DNA of 64,000 nucleotides from Convolutriloba macropyga. Lineage: Eukaryota. The stretch lies in NCBI RefSeq assembly GCF_964194025.1, contig NC_134470.1:65038001-65102000 (forward strand). Direction: 5' to 3'. A program made the translations under genes and the position numbers. The notes below the pieces were generated by a model, which was not told the origin of the DNA, ran no database searches, and was given only the letters and a program-made list of their open reading frames with translations. Position 1 is the first letter of the stretch. The number at the start of each line of letters is the position of its first letter. This document shows, piece by piece, positions 1 to 11,970 of the stretch.

Positions 1-1120
1 TGAAAGTCATTTATTAGCGTAGGTCAAAAACACTCAAATGTGATTGACAAATATGTAGTTTTAAGAAATAAGTGTGATTGACAAAAACTCTTTTTTTGGT
101 CCTATAAACGCGCAAGTGTTGTAAAGAGTCATTATGCAATTTGTAAAAAACAAAGTTGCCATCATGATAACGGGAGCAAGAAACAATTGAACTTGCACCG
201 TTTGTTATTTCAAATATTCGGCTCGTGAGTTAAAAAAAAATTTTGAAACAGGTCAACGAGGAATTCAAAATAACTCATTTATGTATATGAAAAAGGAATT
301 AAACTTCTACTGACAGTGTATAAAAAGGCCTCCGAATCTATGAATGATTTAGAGATCCAAATCGAATAATTAGGTCTTTGGTCGCAGAAACACGATACCG
401 TTGTTGAGTTTCTGTGACACAAAAAGATGCCGTTTCAAAGAGGCTCGGCAGGACTGTTGAAAGATTTGTTCAAATAAGTTTCACCTATGAATCAGGCATT
501 GAGTTGACATTAGCTCCCACCACATCATAGCCGAAAGCATTTGGTTTGAGCGGAAGACTACAAAAGAAAAACAAAGAGCTCTACCAACTATTGTATTGAA
601 AATAATGACCTTCAAAAATTAATATCTCAGGTAAGAATGTTACAGATGTTTCCTTGCAATTTTGTTGGAAGAGCTTTTGTATTTATTGTTTGGGTTGCTT
701 TCCATTAATTCGGTCAAAAATGAAACTTAAATGATTTAATTGCTCAAAAACATATATAGTTCAAGGATAAAGACTAAATTTGTTACAAACAAAACAGTAC
801 AAGTCTTTAACAGAGAGAGAAAAATTATTTCCTGCTCTTGGGACCGAAAATGAATTTTCCTGGCAAAACCAACTAACTGCACTTCCCTTAATATTCTAGA
901 ACAAACTGATTAGAAAGATTGATTTGATAGAATAATATATATTCGCAAAACATATGGATGCTATTATCCGAAGTTTTTTCCCAATTTCAAAGCTAGAGTT
1001 AGATTTGTAATCCTGATTTTATCGCCAATCACCACGAAGATGAACTAGTATAACTGCTGCTATTTATCAAAATTCTGTTCTTTTGTGGAGGAGAAACTTT
1101 CTTTCTCAATATATCGCGGA

Positions 1121-1629
1121 GATATATCGCGGAGGTCAGAACTTAGAGTTTAAGTTAAATTTTCGATATATACAAAATTTTCTTACCTGATATTGGTGAA
1201 GTAAATTTATTTAAAGGCTACTAATTTGAACCGAATCGTTGCTTCAAATTAAATTTTTCATACCATAAGTTTATCAATGTACATAAACCAAAATTGTAAG
1301 CGATTAACTGGACCTTCCCAACATCAGTGATGACTATAAACCAACTCGATGATTCTCCCTGTAGATATCAATGACACGTTCTCAGGATAGGAAAACAATG
1401 TATAATGTGCAAAAAACTGCCCAAAAACTTGCCATATACGGCAAGGGGGAATATTTGGTCATATTTAGGGCGTAAATTAACCAATATCTTTTCATCTGTA
1501 TCATAACGTTCTGTAAATTTTCACACTGATAGCAACTATAAACACCTGTGAATCTTTGTACTTTAGTCCATTTAGAATTCAATTAATGAATTAATAAAAC
1601 TCTTGTTACTCGTGCTGGAGACCACAACA
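1121..1629 (+). mobile_element. LTR 1 of Ty3/Gypsy element (5' end truncated)
   Basis: Aligns along its length with 2566-3066 and 6849-7335. Has AATAAA and ends in CA, followed by PBS-like TAGTGTC. Lacks the initial TG and begins inside a 13-bp tandem duplication (ATATATCGCGGAG x2, 1109-1134). Confidence 0.85.
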
Positions 1630-2565
1630 ATAGTGTCCAGATCCCCGACCGATCGACGAATTTCGGATCTGCAGATTGCTGAATCCTGTACTGAGTGTAT
1701 TGTGGCAGAACGTTAAGCAGAGAAGAAGTAAAACAAACAGTATCTAATTGACAAGAAGCAGAAGTTTGGGAAGGACTCCATGTAGACTGTGGTTCCGTTA
1801 ACGAGCAAAGTAATATCTTAGTAATAGTAGGCACGGGATCAGACTGAATATAAGCCCTCCATGCGGGAAATAGAACCCCACAAACAGTGATGGTGTACTT
1901 GAATCAAGATTTGGGATAACAAAAACGTTAGTATCAGACAATGGTCCCGAGTTTGTATGCGGTGATCTAACACAGTGATAAGAATCAATGAGGATTAAAA
2001 TGATCGAGTCATCCATCTACCAAAAAAGAGCAAAGGGACTTGCCGAGCGAGCGATACAAACAGTGAAACGGGTACTCAAACCTGGTGCTTTCCTACAGTG
2101 GGCTCTGATGACTTACCGTAATAATTCCAAGAGCGGGGCAACACTCCTGTGGAACTTTTGCTAGGACGGGAAGTGAGAACTCAAGCAGTCACTGAGTTTG
2201 ATGTGTGTGTACCCGTTTTTTTCACACCAACGAGCATATGATCAACAGTTCAATGCACGCAAAGGAATGAACATTTAATTCATCCAGCCAGAGAATTCAA
2301 ACCAGACAGTGTTTGTCAGTGACAACCAAGTTGCACGGCTGGAACCTGATGACATCAAGACTGAGTCTACTGATAAGCAATATGCTGACTAACAATCTGA
2401 GAACACTAGGGACAATATAGTACAAAATACAATAACTCAGATGAAGAAACTTCAGTAACTGAAGAAGAACAATTTTCAGGGGACGAGAACTTCAATCAGA
2501 AATAAAAAGGCAGCCAGAAGGAATCAGAGAATCCGTTTCTACAAACTTGCCTAAAAAAGGAGGGT
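1630..2565 (+). pseudogene. Internally deleted Gypsy internal region (leader fused to decayed integrase, then PPT)
   Basis: 1630-1730 resembles the leader at 3067-3170. About 1735-2550 aligns with the integrase/3' region at ~5975-6835. Polypurine tract AAAAAAGGAGGG lies just before LTR 2. Confidence 0.8.
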
Positions 2566-3066
2566 CGACGTGATATCTCGCGAAGATCAGAAGATAGAGC
2601 TTAAATTAAAACTTCGACTGAAACAAAACTTGCTTACCTTATGTTGATGAAGTAATTTATTCAATGGCTGCTAATTTGAAGTGAATCGTTGCTTCAAATT
2701 TGTTCATACCACAAGTTTATCTTTATACATAAACCATAATATTGAGCGGTGAACTCGACCATCCCACCATCAGTGATGACCACAAACCAACTCCCTGTAG
2801 ATATCAATGACACGTTCTCAGGATAGCAAAACAATGTATAATGTGCTAAAAACTGCCCAAATACTTGCCATATACGGCAAGGGGGAATATCTGGTCATAA
2901 TTAGGGCGTAAATTAACCAATATCATTTTATCTATATCATAACGTTCTGTAAGTTTTCATACTCATAGCAACTATAAACACCTGTGATTTTTTGTAGTTT
3001 TACGCCATTTTGATATAAATTATTAAAATTATAAAACTTTTGTTACTCGCGCTCGCGACTACCACA
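2566..3066 (+). mobile_element. LTR 2 (shared central LTR)
   Basis: Preceded by a PPT, ends in CA, followed by PBS-like TTGTGTC; homologous to the other two LTRs. Confidence 0.85.
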
Positions 3067-6000
3067 ATTGTGTCTACCAACAGCCAACCGACAAATTTTA
3101 GTTTTGATGAGGGCTGAACCTTGCACTGCGTGTAATGTGGCTTTTGTGGCAAAATGTTGCGCAAAGAGGAAAGAAGATAAATTCAGCACCGCCTTTTAAT
3201 TTTGGACCTACAAGTAGTGAATCTTTTTCTTTTTATTTGCGGACAAGACGCTCGTCTGATACTTAGGAGCCTTATAAGACTAGTAGTTCAAAACTATATT
3301 TCTCTCATATAGAGAGTTATAACGGCAGAAAGGACTAAATTTCTGTCCGTTGTCCTAGGCGTTGGATAATTTGACGATGGTTTTCTAGAGCACCTAAGAG
3401 GAGAAGCACTCTATTGCATCTACCAGACACTAAAAAAGTGACCAATCCCAAAAAGGATTTGGTAAAAATAAAGTTTTTCCAAGGTTTGAGAGACGCTGAG
3501 GCAGAATTAGTATTATTATACAGCATCAAAGCTAAACCAACAATGACTGTTTCCAAAATGACAGAAAGCCTCCAATTCAGAAGTCCAATTGCTTTTGTAG
3601 GTTCTTGAACAGGTAATAAACTGTTTATGGTGAAAAAAGAAGTGGAATATAAATTCTAAAAGATCTTCAGGAAACCGAGTGAAGAACTGAGGGGTAGTAA
3701 AATCAGTGGTCATTTGTGTAAAAGATGTGGAGGGAAGCCGCGCAGTAGCAAACCGTGTCCAACTTTGAACAATAAAGCACCTGTGAAAAAAGGGGGCAGT
3801 TTGCAAAAATGTGAAAAAGTAAAACCCAGCCTAATTCAGATAATTCCGACCAGCACAACAATTTCTGCGAGGAAGAGGGTATGTTGTCTGGTCAAATATC
3901 TTCCAAAATGGACATGGAATGTCTTATGAAAACTTGTTCAACAAATCAGCGACATGGATTACATTACAAAAAAAGACCTGAAAAAAATGCAAGTTAAAAC
4001 CGGTGCTGATACCGTGATATCATCTTTCATGACTGACCTTGGAAAACCAGCGTTAGATGGGAAAATCGGAGATGTTGATGCCTCTGATGGTCATCAATTG
4101 TCGCTTCTGGTATCACCACAATGTGATATTGAATGAAACGGAAGTAATTATATGCAACAACAAGTTGCAGCTGTGCAATCCCAAATTGAATTTGGACAAA
4201 TTGAGAGAGACATATTACCCCATGGAGGCGTTAACACAGTGTGAGATGAAAAATTACTTGCTTTCAAAGGATACAAAGCGCACGTGAAACTCATAACTCA
4301 AACCGGGACTGCAGCCAATGTTCTGCAAGGCTAGAAACGTAATTATACGTATAGAGGACATGGTCAAGGAAAAACTTAAGACAATGGTGCGACAGGGCAT
4401 GGAGCCAGTGCGACCAAGTGGGGCCGCAATTGCATACCCCGTTGTTTAGCAGCTGTAGAAAAATAGAGTTCTAAAACTTGTGTGGACCTGAAAGTTCACT
4501 CTAACGGCAAAGTTATGGACGAAAATTATCCAACCCCAGACATGGAGACCACATTCGATAATCTCTATGGGGCCTCTCAATTTGGCAGAATTGACTTATC
4601 AGACGTAATTGATCAAATCAAATTGGACGAGGATTCAAAATAATTATGTATAATCTACATATTGCAAGGACTGTTTAAGATGTACAGGCTTCCTCAGGGC
4701 TTGAAGAATTCCTCATCAATCTTCCCAGATTAAATTTAGTGAACTCTCGGAGAAATCAATGGTTTAGTTGCTTTCAAGATGATGTACTGGTATAAAAAAA
4801 GACAAAAGATAATACGAGAAACGAATGCTTGTGGTCAAAAGTCGACTATGTGGGAAGACTTTTACCATCAAGGAAAAAAAATCAAACGCTAAACCAGCCT
4901 CAATTATTAGTTTTCTTGATTACTCATTCTCAAAGAAAGGTATATCACCCAATCCTAAACATGTTGAGAAAATCAAATTTGCAAAATCATCATCAAATAC
5001 GAAACAACTAGTCTTTTGTTGGCCTAACAAATTTTTACCAGATTTACCAGACTTTGCTACAAAAATGTTACATTTGAATGAAGTTCGAAAAGACGACTTC
5101 TGATGGGAAAAAATACAAAATGCTTTCGAAAAAATAAAAAATGAGTTTTGTGCTAACCCACTTGTTCAGCCTTACAGCTTGGCGAAAAATGCAACCATGA
5201 CAACAGACGCCTCTGAAAAGCAATAGGAGGGGTCCTCTCACAGGAAGGACATCCTGTGATCTATGTCACCAGGAAGTTGTCACAAGCGAAACAAATTTAC
5301 TCAAATTTTGAGCGAAAGGCACTTGCAATCGTTTTTGTGGTCGAAAGACTGAAACGTTTCTTGCTCGGAAGGTAATTCTCTCTACAAACTGAGCACAAAC
5401 TTCTCAAATATCTCTTTCTACCAGATGAGCATTTCCACAAAACAGCATCAGCAAAAATCACAAGATGGGCTGTAGCGCTGATGGGATTCGACTTCGAATT
5501 GATTTATACATCCAGAGAGCTGATCCCCTACGCTGATGCTTTGAGCAGACAAGATTTTGATGACGACGACAATGATCGTGTCTGCTTTGCTCTCGACAAT
5601 ATCAATTTTGTCGAATCCGACCTGATGATTCTGTCAGACATTGCAACTGAACTGGGATCGAATTAACACTTCCAAAATTTCATCAAAAAAATGAGCGAAA
5701 ACTGGAAACAGTGCTGAGAAGCAGAGAAAGGTTTCGGACAACAGAAAGGCGCATTAACTATCCAAAATGGAATCATCTTCCGAGGAGTTGTGACTTTCAT
5801 TCCACCCAAACTAAGACATTTGATGTTGGCAAAAGCTCAAGAGACACACCAAAGCAAAAATGCAACTGAAACAGCAGTCCGAATGCTAGCAAGGTAGTCC
5901 GGCATCAATCGAGATAGTGTTCGATTTGCTAGTACATGTAAGGAATGCCCAGAAAACAGGCTGAGCCTAGGAAACACAGTATCTACTTGGCCGGAAGCAG

Positions 6001-6848
6001 AAGTTTGTGAAAGACTCCATATGGACTGTGGTTACAATAAGAGCCAAAGTAACATCTTAGTAATGGTAGACGTGGGATCAGGTTGGATATAAATTTTTCC
6101 GGTGGTAATTAGAACCTCACAAACAGTGAAGGTGTTTTTGAGTCAAATCTTTGCAAGATTTGGGATACCAAAAACGTTGGTATCAGAGAATGGTCGCAAG
6201 TTTGTAAGCGGTGACACAAAACAGTGGTGTGAATCACTGCGGATTAAAAAGATGGAGTCACCCATCTACAATCCAAGAGCAAAGGGACTTACCGATTGAG
6301 CGGTAAGTACAGTGAAGCAATCTATTCAAGCCTGGAGTCAAAATCTGAATGTTTCTTTTGACGCTTTATTACAGCGGGCTCTGATGACACGTCAATATAC
6401 TTTCAGGAGCGGGGCAAAACTTTTGTGAAACTAGTGCTAGGAGGGAAAGTGTGACTTCCAGCAGTCACTGACTTTAATCTGTGTGGGCCAATCTTTTTCA
6501 AACCAAAGATCACATCATCAACAATCCCGCTTGACTTCATTATACGCAAAGGAATGAAATCTTCATTCATCCTGTCAGGGATATCAATCAAGACAGTGCA
6601 TGTTAGTGACAAACAAATTGCACTGCTGGAACCTGATGATATCAAGACTGATTCTACTGATCAGCAATCTACTGACTCAAAATCTGAGAACAGGAAGGAC
6701 AATATAAAAGTGGCATCAGCTAACTCCAATGAAGAGAAAATGAAAGAGAACAACCTTCAGGCCACGAGAAATTCAACCAGAACTAAAAACAGTCAGAAAA
6801 TTTGGGAAGAGGAATCGATTCCTACAAACTTGCTTGAAAAAGGAGGGA
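3067..6848 (+). pseudogene. Decayed Ty3/Gypsy gag-pol (Zn knuckle, protease, RT, RNase H, integrase)
   Basis: Frameshifted remnants in Gypsy order: Cys/His knuckle (~3710-3815), KTGADTV protease-like site (~3997), RT RLPQGLKNSSSIF and QDDVLV (~4685-4790), RNase H TTDASE..GGVLSQEGHPVIY (~5200-5270), integrase CKEC, RLHMD and FARFGIPKTLVSENG (5935-6195), PPT at 6836-6847. Confidence 0.92.
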
Positions 6849-7335
6849 TGATGGGATATATCGTGAAGATCAGAACTTAGAGTTTAAGTTAAAACTTCGA
6901 TAAAAACAAAACTCTCTTTCCTGATGTTGGTGAAGTAAATTTATTTGATGGCTACTAATTTGAACTGAATCGCTGCTTCAAATTTGTTCATGTTTCAATA
7001 TAAACCATAAATTTGAGCAATTAATTCGATTTTTCCACCATCACTGATGGCCTTAAAACAATTCGATGATCCTCCTTGCAGATATCAATGGCACGTTCTC
7101 AGGTTAGGAGAACAAGGTGTAAAGTGTACTAACACTTGCCATATACGGCAAGGGGAAAATTTATTCATACTTAAGGTGTAAAATAACCAATATCAGTATC
7201 TATATCAAGACGGTTCTTTAAATTTTGTTACTGATAGCAACTATAAATACCTGCAATTTTTCGTACTTTTAGGCCATTTTGAATTCAATTTTTAAAATAA
7301 TAAAATTCTTGTTACTCGTCCTCGAGACCATGACA
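6849..7335 (+). mobile_element. LTR 3 (3' LTR, TG...CA)
   Basis: Begins TG right after PPT GAAAAAGGAGGGA, contains AATAAA, ends CA. Confidence 0.9.
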
Positions 7336-8263
7336 GTAATCCTGAAGTTACCGTCAATCACCACGTAGATGAACTAGAATAAATGATGCTGTTTTTCTAA
7401 ATTCTGTACTTTTGCGGAGGAGACCTTTTGTTTTCTCAAAGATTTTTTAGTGTTGGACACGCTTGCAAGCGGGGAGCAGTTCACTTGGACCTTTCAATAT
7501 CGCTGAATCGAAACTTCGTAGTTCAGTCTGATCTCTGTTTCGAGATTCTAAATTTTGTCAATAATGCTTTTGACCTGTGAGATATTTCTTTTTGTATGTA
7601 GCTTTTGGCGTAGACAACGAAAAAAAGTTAACTAACTTGTTCTGCGGTGTCCTCAAATCTATTTTATTGTGATTTTTTGGTAAAGTTGTCGATGTGGCGA
7701 GGTCTTTTTGGGTCTTTGGAGATTTTTATATATTTTTTAAAATATTTTCTTGATAATTTTTCCTTTCTGGTACTGTACCCTCTAAAACTACAGTTTTGAG
7801 AAGGGTAAATTTCCAGTTCTCTGGCTGCTTGGTTTGCGTGATAGTGTGCTTGGTCATGTCTTTAGGATTTTTGATGTTCGACGTGCTTCCACCAATCCAT
7901 GGTCGGAAATTTTCTCTGAGGTACCTTCTTTTCAAAATGTTCTCTGACGCAGTCAAAATAATCAAACTATTCTTCCTCAGTCTTATTTATATCTGTGTAA
8001 AAAACAACTTCGTGTGGGTTTTGTTCAGGCTGACAGTAACAAATGACTTCAAACAGCATCAGTTTGTTTGAGCAAGCTCACGTGCATTTTTCTGAGTAGG
8101 GCAGCAAAGTATTTTGACTAAAACAATCAGTATTTCAATCTAAATTGGTCTGAGAAACTTACAAAATTACGGGTAGTCACAATATATTGTCTTAGTTGGA
8201 GATTTATCAAATTTCTCAGTAATCATCCAATATTAATATACAATATCTGAAAATTTAACGATT

Positions 8264-9258
8264 CCCAGGCTGAGGTCCCAGACCCAAATGAACGCCCAAG
8301 GGGGTGTCGAGCGTTCAAAATCACACGGTTTGGAAACACGGATGAACTCATGATAGTCTGGACATAGGAAACTTTGAACACACGATAGTCTTGACATAGG
8401 CAACTTTTCTGGACATAGGTAACTTTGAATGCACGATAGCCTGGACATAAGCAACTTTGAACGAACGAACGACTGAACATAGTGATCTTGGATGGCACAA
8501 GAGTTTTTTGAATGGAAACAAAAGAGCCATAAAGTGATGAGCCCATGTTTGACTAAACACTCGTGCCAGTGTGATCAATCAAAGGGTAGCTTTGTACCAA
8601 GAAAACATCAATTCATTTGAGTTGCAAAACGTTGAATTCAGAAAAAGTAGCATCCAACATTTTGCTTTGTTTTAGACAACTTCATACCTTGTGTTTTAGA
8701 CCCTTGCTGAAGTTGCAAAGCAAAATAAAGCTGTAATTACTGAGTGGCTGGCACCCCCTTCAGCAAATACCTTCATCGAGCATCTTTTATTAATTTAAAA
8801 GATGGCAAATGCTGGGCACTTCATCAAAACCATTACCCCTATGATATTTATACCTGAAATGAATACATTATAAAAACGTTGTGAACAACTTATGTAAAAA
8901 AATGGCAAAAATTCTGGACAAAACGCACGGAAGTCTAGACATACGCACCTTTTAACGCACGAAAGTCTGGACATAGTTGTTTTTAAACGCATGATAGTCT
9001 GGACAAGAAGGCACGAGTTTTCAAAATTTGAACGCACAAATTTTCGTTTGGAAAGCACAAAATTCTGGTCAAATGTGATTTTGAACGCATGAAAGCCATG
9101 ACGTAGGGACTTTTGAACGCCGGAAGAACTCACAAATACTTTTGAACTCATGAAAATCTGGACATAGGTACGTTCCGTTATGAGTTGTCTGGACATAGAC
9201 ATTTTTTGTCTGGGATGGTCTGAACATATGGATTTTCGGTCTGAGACCTCAACCTGGG
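8264..9258. mobile_element. Non-autonomous TIR DNA transposon, family A (CCC..GGG termini, CACTA/EnSpm-like)
   Basis: 21-bp TIR CCCAGGCTGAGGTCCCAGACC / GGTCTGAGACCTCAACCTGGG with 2 mismatches, 2-bp TSD TT, and internal reiterated TCTGGACATAG motifs. Confidence 0.8.
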
Positions 9259-9458
9259 TTGCAACAAATTAATTTTGTTTAAATGCACCTAATTTTGCTC
9301 ATGAAAATTATCCTGTAAAAATACATGAAACTTATGAATTAATTTTTTTTGCATGAGTTTGTAGTGGGGATGAAAGTTTGTTTGACGCAATAATTGATCA
9401 TTGCATGAAGAAACGGGTAAATATTCATTGTAACAAATTTAAGAATTTTAGTTTTTAC

Positions 9459-10062
9459 CATATAGTTTCTGATTTCATTTGTAAACAAAATTGTCAAAAT
9501 GTCGCAGCATAAAGGCATGATTAATATACAAAAGCATTGAATCGCAGCACTTTTCTTGGTATGTTTAATAATGATCATTCTTCTAGTTCAAGTTCAAGTT
9601 CCCACAGAAATAGAAATTTATCGTTATTATGCAAAATTTTTCAAGACAATGGCTATATCTTGCATTGTTTTACAAGAAAATTTTGCAAGATGATGCATCG
9701 TATTGAAAGATCTTCCACGATAACTATTCGATTTCGGCTCTGGGAAATGCTTTGCTGACAGCGAAATGCGTATTACTAAGAACTGTAAAGGCAGAAAGTT
9801 TGTTGTTTAGTTGTTGCTTTGTAGATAACCAGCTGTTTTTTACTTTGAATAAGGAATAGCAAAAAGCAGTCTGTCCAATTGTTTGAGATTGAATTGATTA
9901 TATCAATGATCTGATCGTGGTTAGAAACATCTGAAATAGTAAAGATTAACCTTATTATCAAAATTAACAAGTACAGTCAAAAAAAATTTTCTAAATTCTC
10001 ACCTACTCAAAAATAAGTGTTTCATTTAAAACACATCATCTTTTGTGGCCTGAACACTGTTC
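9459..10062 (-). repeat. Duplicated copy of the RGS gene 3' end (last ~11 codons plus 3' flank)
   Basis: Aligns with 11156-12007 apart from a ~270-bp insert in the latter. Encodes NSVQATKDDVF* versus NSVQATQDELF* in the gene. Confidence 0.85.
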
Positions 10063-10543
10063 AATAATTAATGACCATTAAATTTTTCTGTACTCCAATT
10101 GTGAGGCCAAATTCAGCATAAATTATCGAATTTGATGAAACTGCGTACCAAATTCAAATATTTTTTGTCATTGGAAGAATTTAGGCTGTAATCAACTTCT
10201 CTGTGATTTCCGGTCCTTCAATCCAAACGTCAGTCAGTGGGGTAAACAGCGGACGGTTTTTTTTGCTATATGCCTGCTACAATTGTGATACCGTGTCTTT
10301 TATGCGATATTTGTGCTTGATTGTTTAGATTTTCGAATGATTTTTGTCACGCTTAGCTTCTTAGTTTTTTCGCGATTGATTTTTCTCTCATATTCAGACT
10401 TGTAACCAATTGAACTCAAGCAGCGATTACGCACTAATAACATGACTTTTGTCCCCTCAATAGAACTAATGCCCCTATTTACCACCGGTGGAAGCAGGCT
10501 GCAATTTAATTGAGGGACCATCTGTCACAGTCATTCGAGAACA

Positions 10544-11072
10544 CCCGGGTCGAGGTGTCACCACTAAAAATTGCTGTAAGATGTAAGCTTGGCAGTGGAT
10601 TCGAGTGATAAGTGTGAGGTTTGCGCTTAAAGCGATGAATCCGGTAAAAAAAACTTTTAAGCGTTGAATTTTTTTCAGCGTTACCAGCGGAATGCGGTGA
10701 AAAAAATTCACAGCTTAAAATGCAAATCTTACTCAAATTTTTACTCAAACTTACCGCTAAATTCATCGCTTATCTTAAATTCACAGGAAGTATCATGGAA
10801 GTAAGTGACAGATGGCGCAGTGGAATAAGAATTTGTTGACATGCAGGAAGTGAGAGGTTCGAACCCGTGTACAGCAGTTTCTTTTTTGTAAGAAATCCTG
10901 TCAATGTGACAAAAAAATTGTCACCGCCAAAACCGCAAATCTTCACCGCCAAAAATTCACTGTTTTCAGCGCCTTCAAAGCTAAAAGATGAGGGCGCTTT
11001 GCGGTGAAAAAAAGTTTTTTCACCGCTATTCACCGCTAATCTTACATTTTTTTGACCAAAACTCGACCCGAG
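10544..11072. mobile_element. Non-autonomous TIR DNA transposon, family B
   Basis: Termini CCCGGGTCGAG / CTCGACCCGAG, 2-bp TSD CA, many GCGGTGAA/TTCACCGC motifs. Confidence 0.8.
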
Positions 11073-11970
11073 CAATTTGTCAGACAGCTGGCGGTTCTGT
11101 TCTTCGGTTTGTGTAATAAAAAGAGCTGCGATTTTAATTAGTTTTGATTTTTTTTCATATAGTTTCTGATTTCATTTATCTACAAAGTTGTCAAAACGTG
11201 GCTGAATAAACACATGATCAATCTACAAAACATTGAAGCGCATCACTTGGTATGCGTATCACTTTTTTTGGTATGGTTGATAATGATAATTTCTCTAGAT
11301 CAAGTTCCCGCAGAAATTTATCTGTGAAAAAATTGTTGCAGCCTTCTCGGGGATACGTTTGCTTTTACAGAAGTCCATAATAAACTTAAAATCCATCTTA
11401 AAACCACGAAAATCCGCGAAAACAAAAAACAAAGAAAAAAGGAGAATGAAGATCCTAGTACAGGAAGATCGGAAGGATATTATGCTTTTTTTGATGCGCT
11501 GCATTAATAATTTGGATATTATATTTCGAAATTTAATAATTTTGTTAATATAATTCAACATTTAATTATATTTTTTTCGAAGTTCAATTGTTATCTTACA
11601 AGATTCTTACAGACGGTGGCTATATCTTGCAAGATTTAACAAGAAAATTTTGCGAGATGATGCATCGTATTGAAAGATCTTCCACGATAACTATTCGATT
11701 TCGGCTCTGGGAAATGCGTATTACTAAGATTTGTAAAGGCAGAAAGTTGGTTGATTGGTTGTTGATTTGTAGATAAACAGTCGATTTTTATTTTGAATTA
11801 GGGATAACAAAAAACATTCTATCCAAATCTTTGATATTAAATTGATTATTTCACTGATCTGATCACGTTTAAAAAACCTGAAATAGCAAAGATTAAATTA
11901 TCAAAAATATTTATTACAGTCAATGAAAACTTTTTCTAAATTGTAATCTACTCAAAAATAAGTTTGTCAT

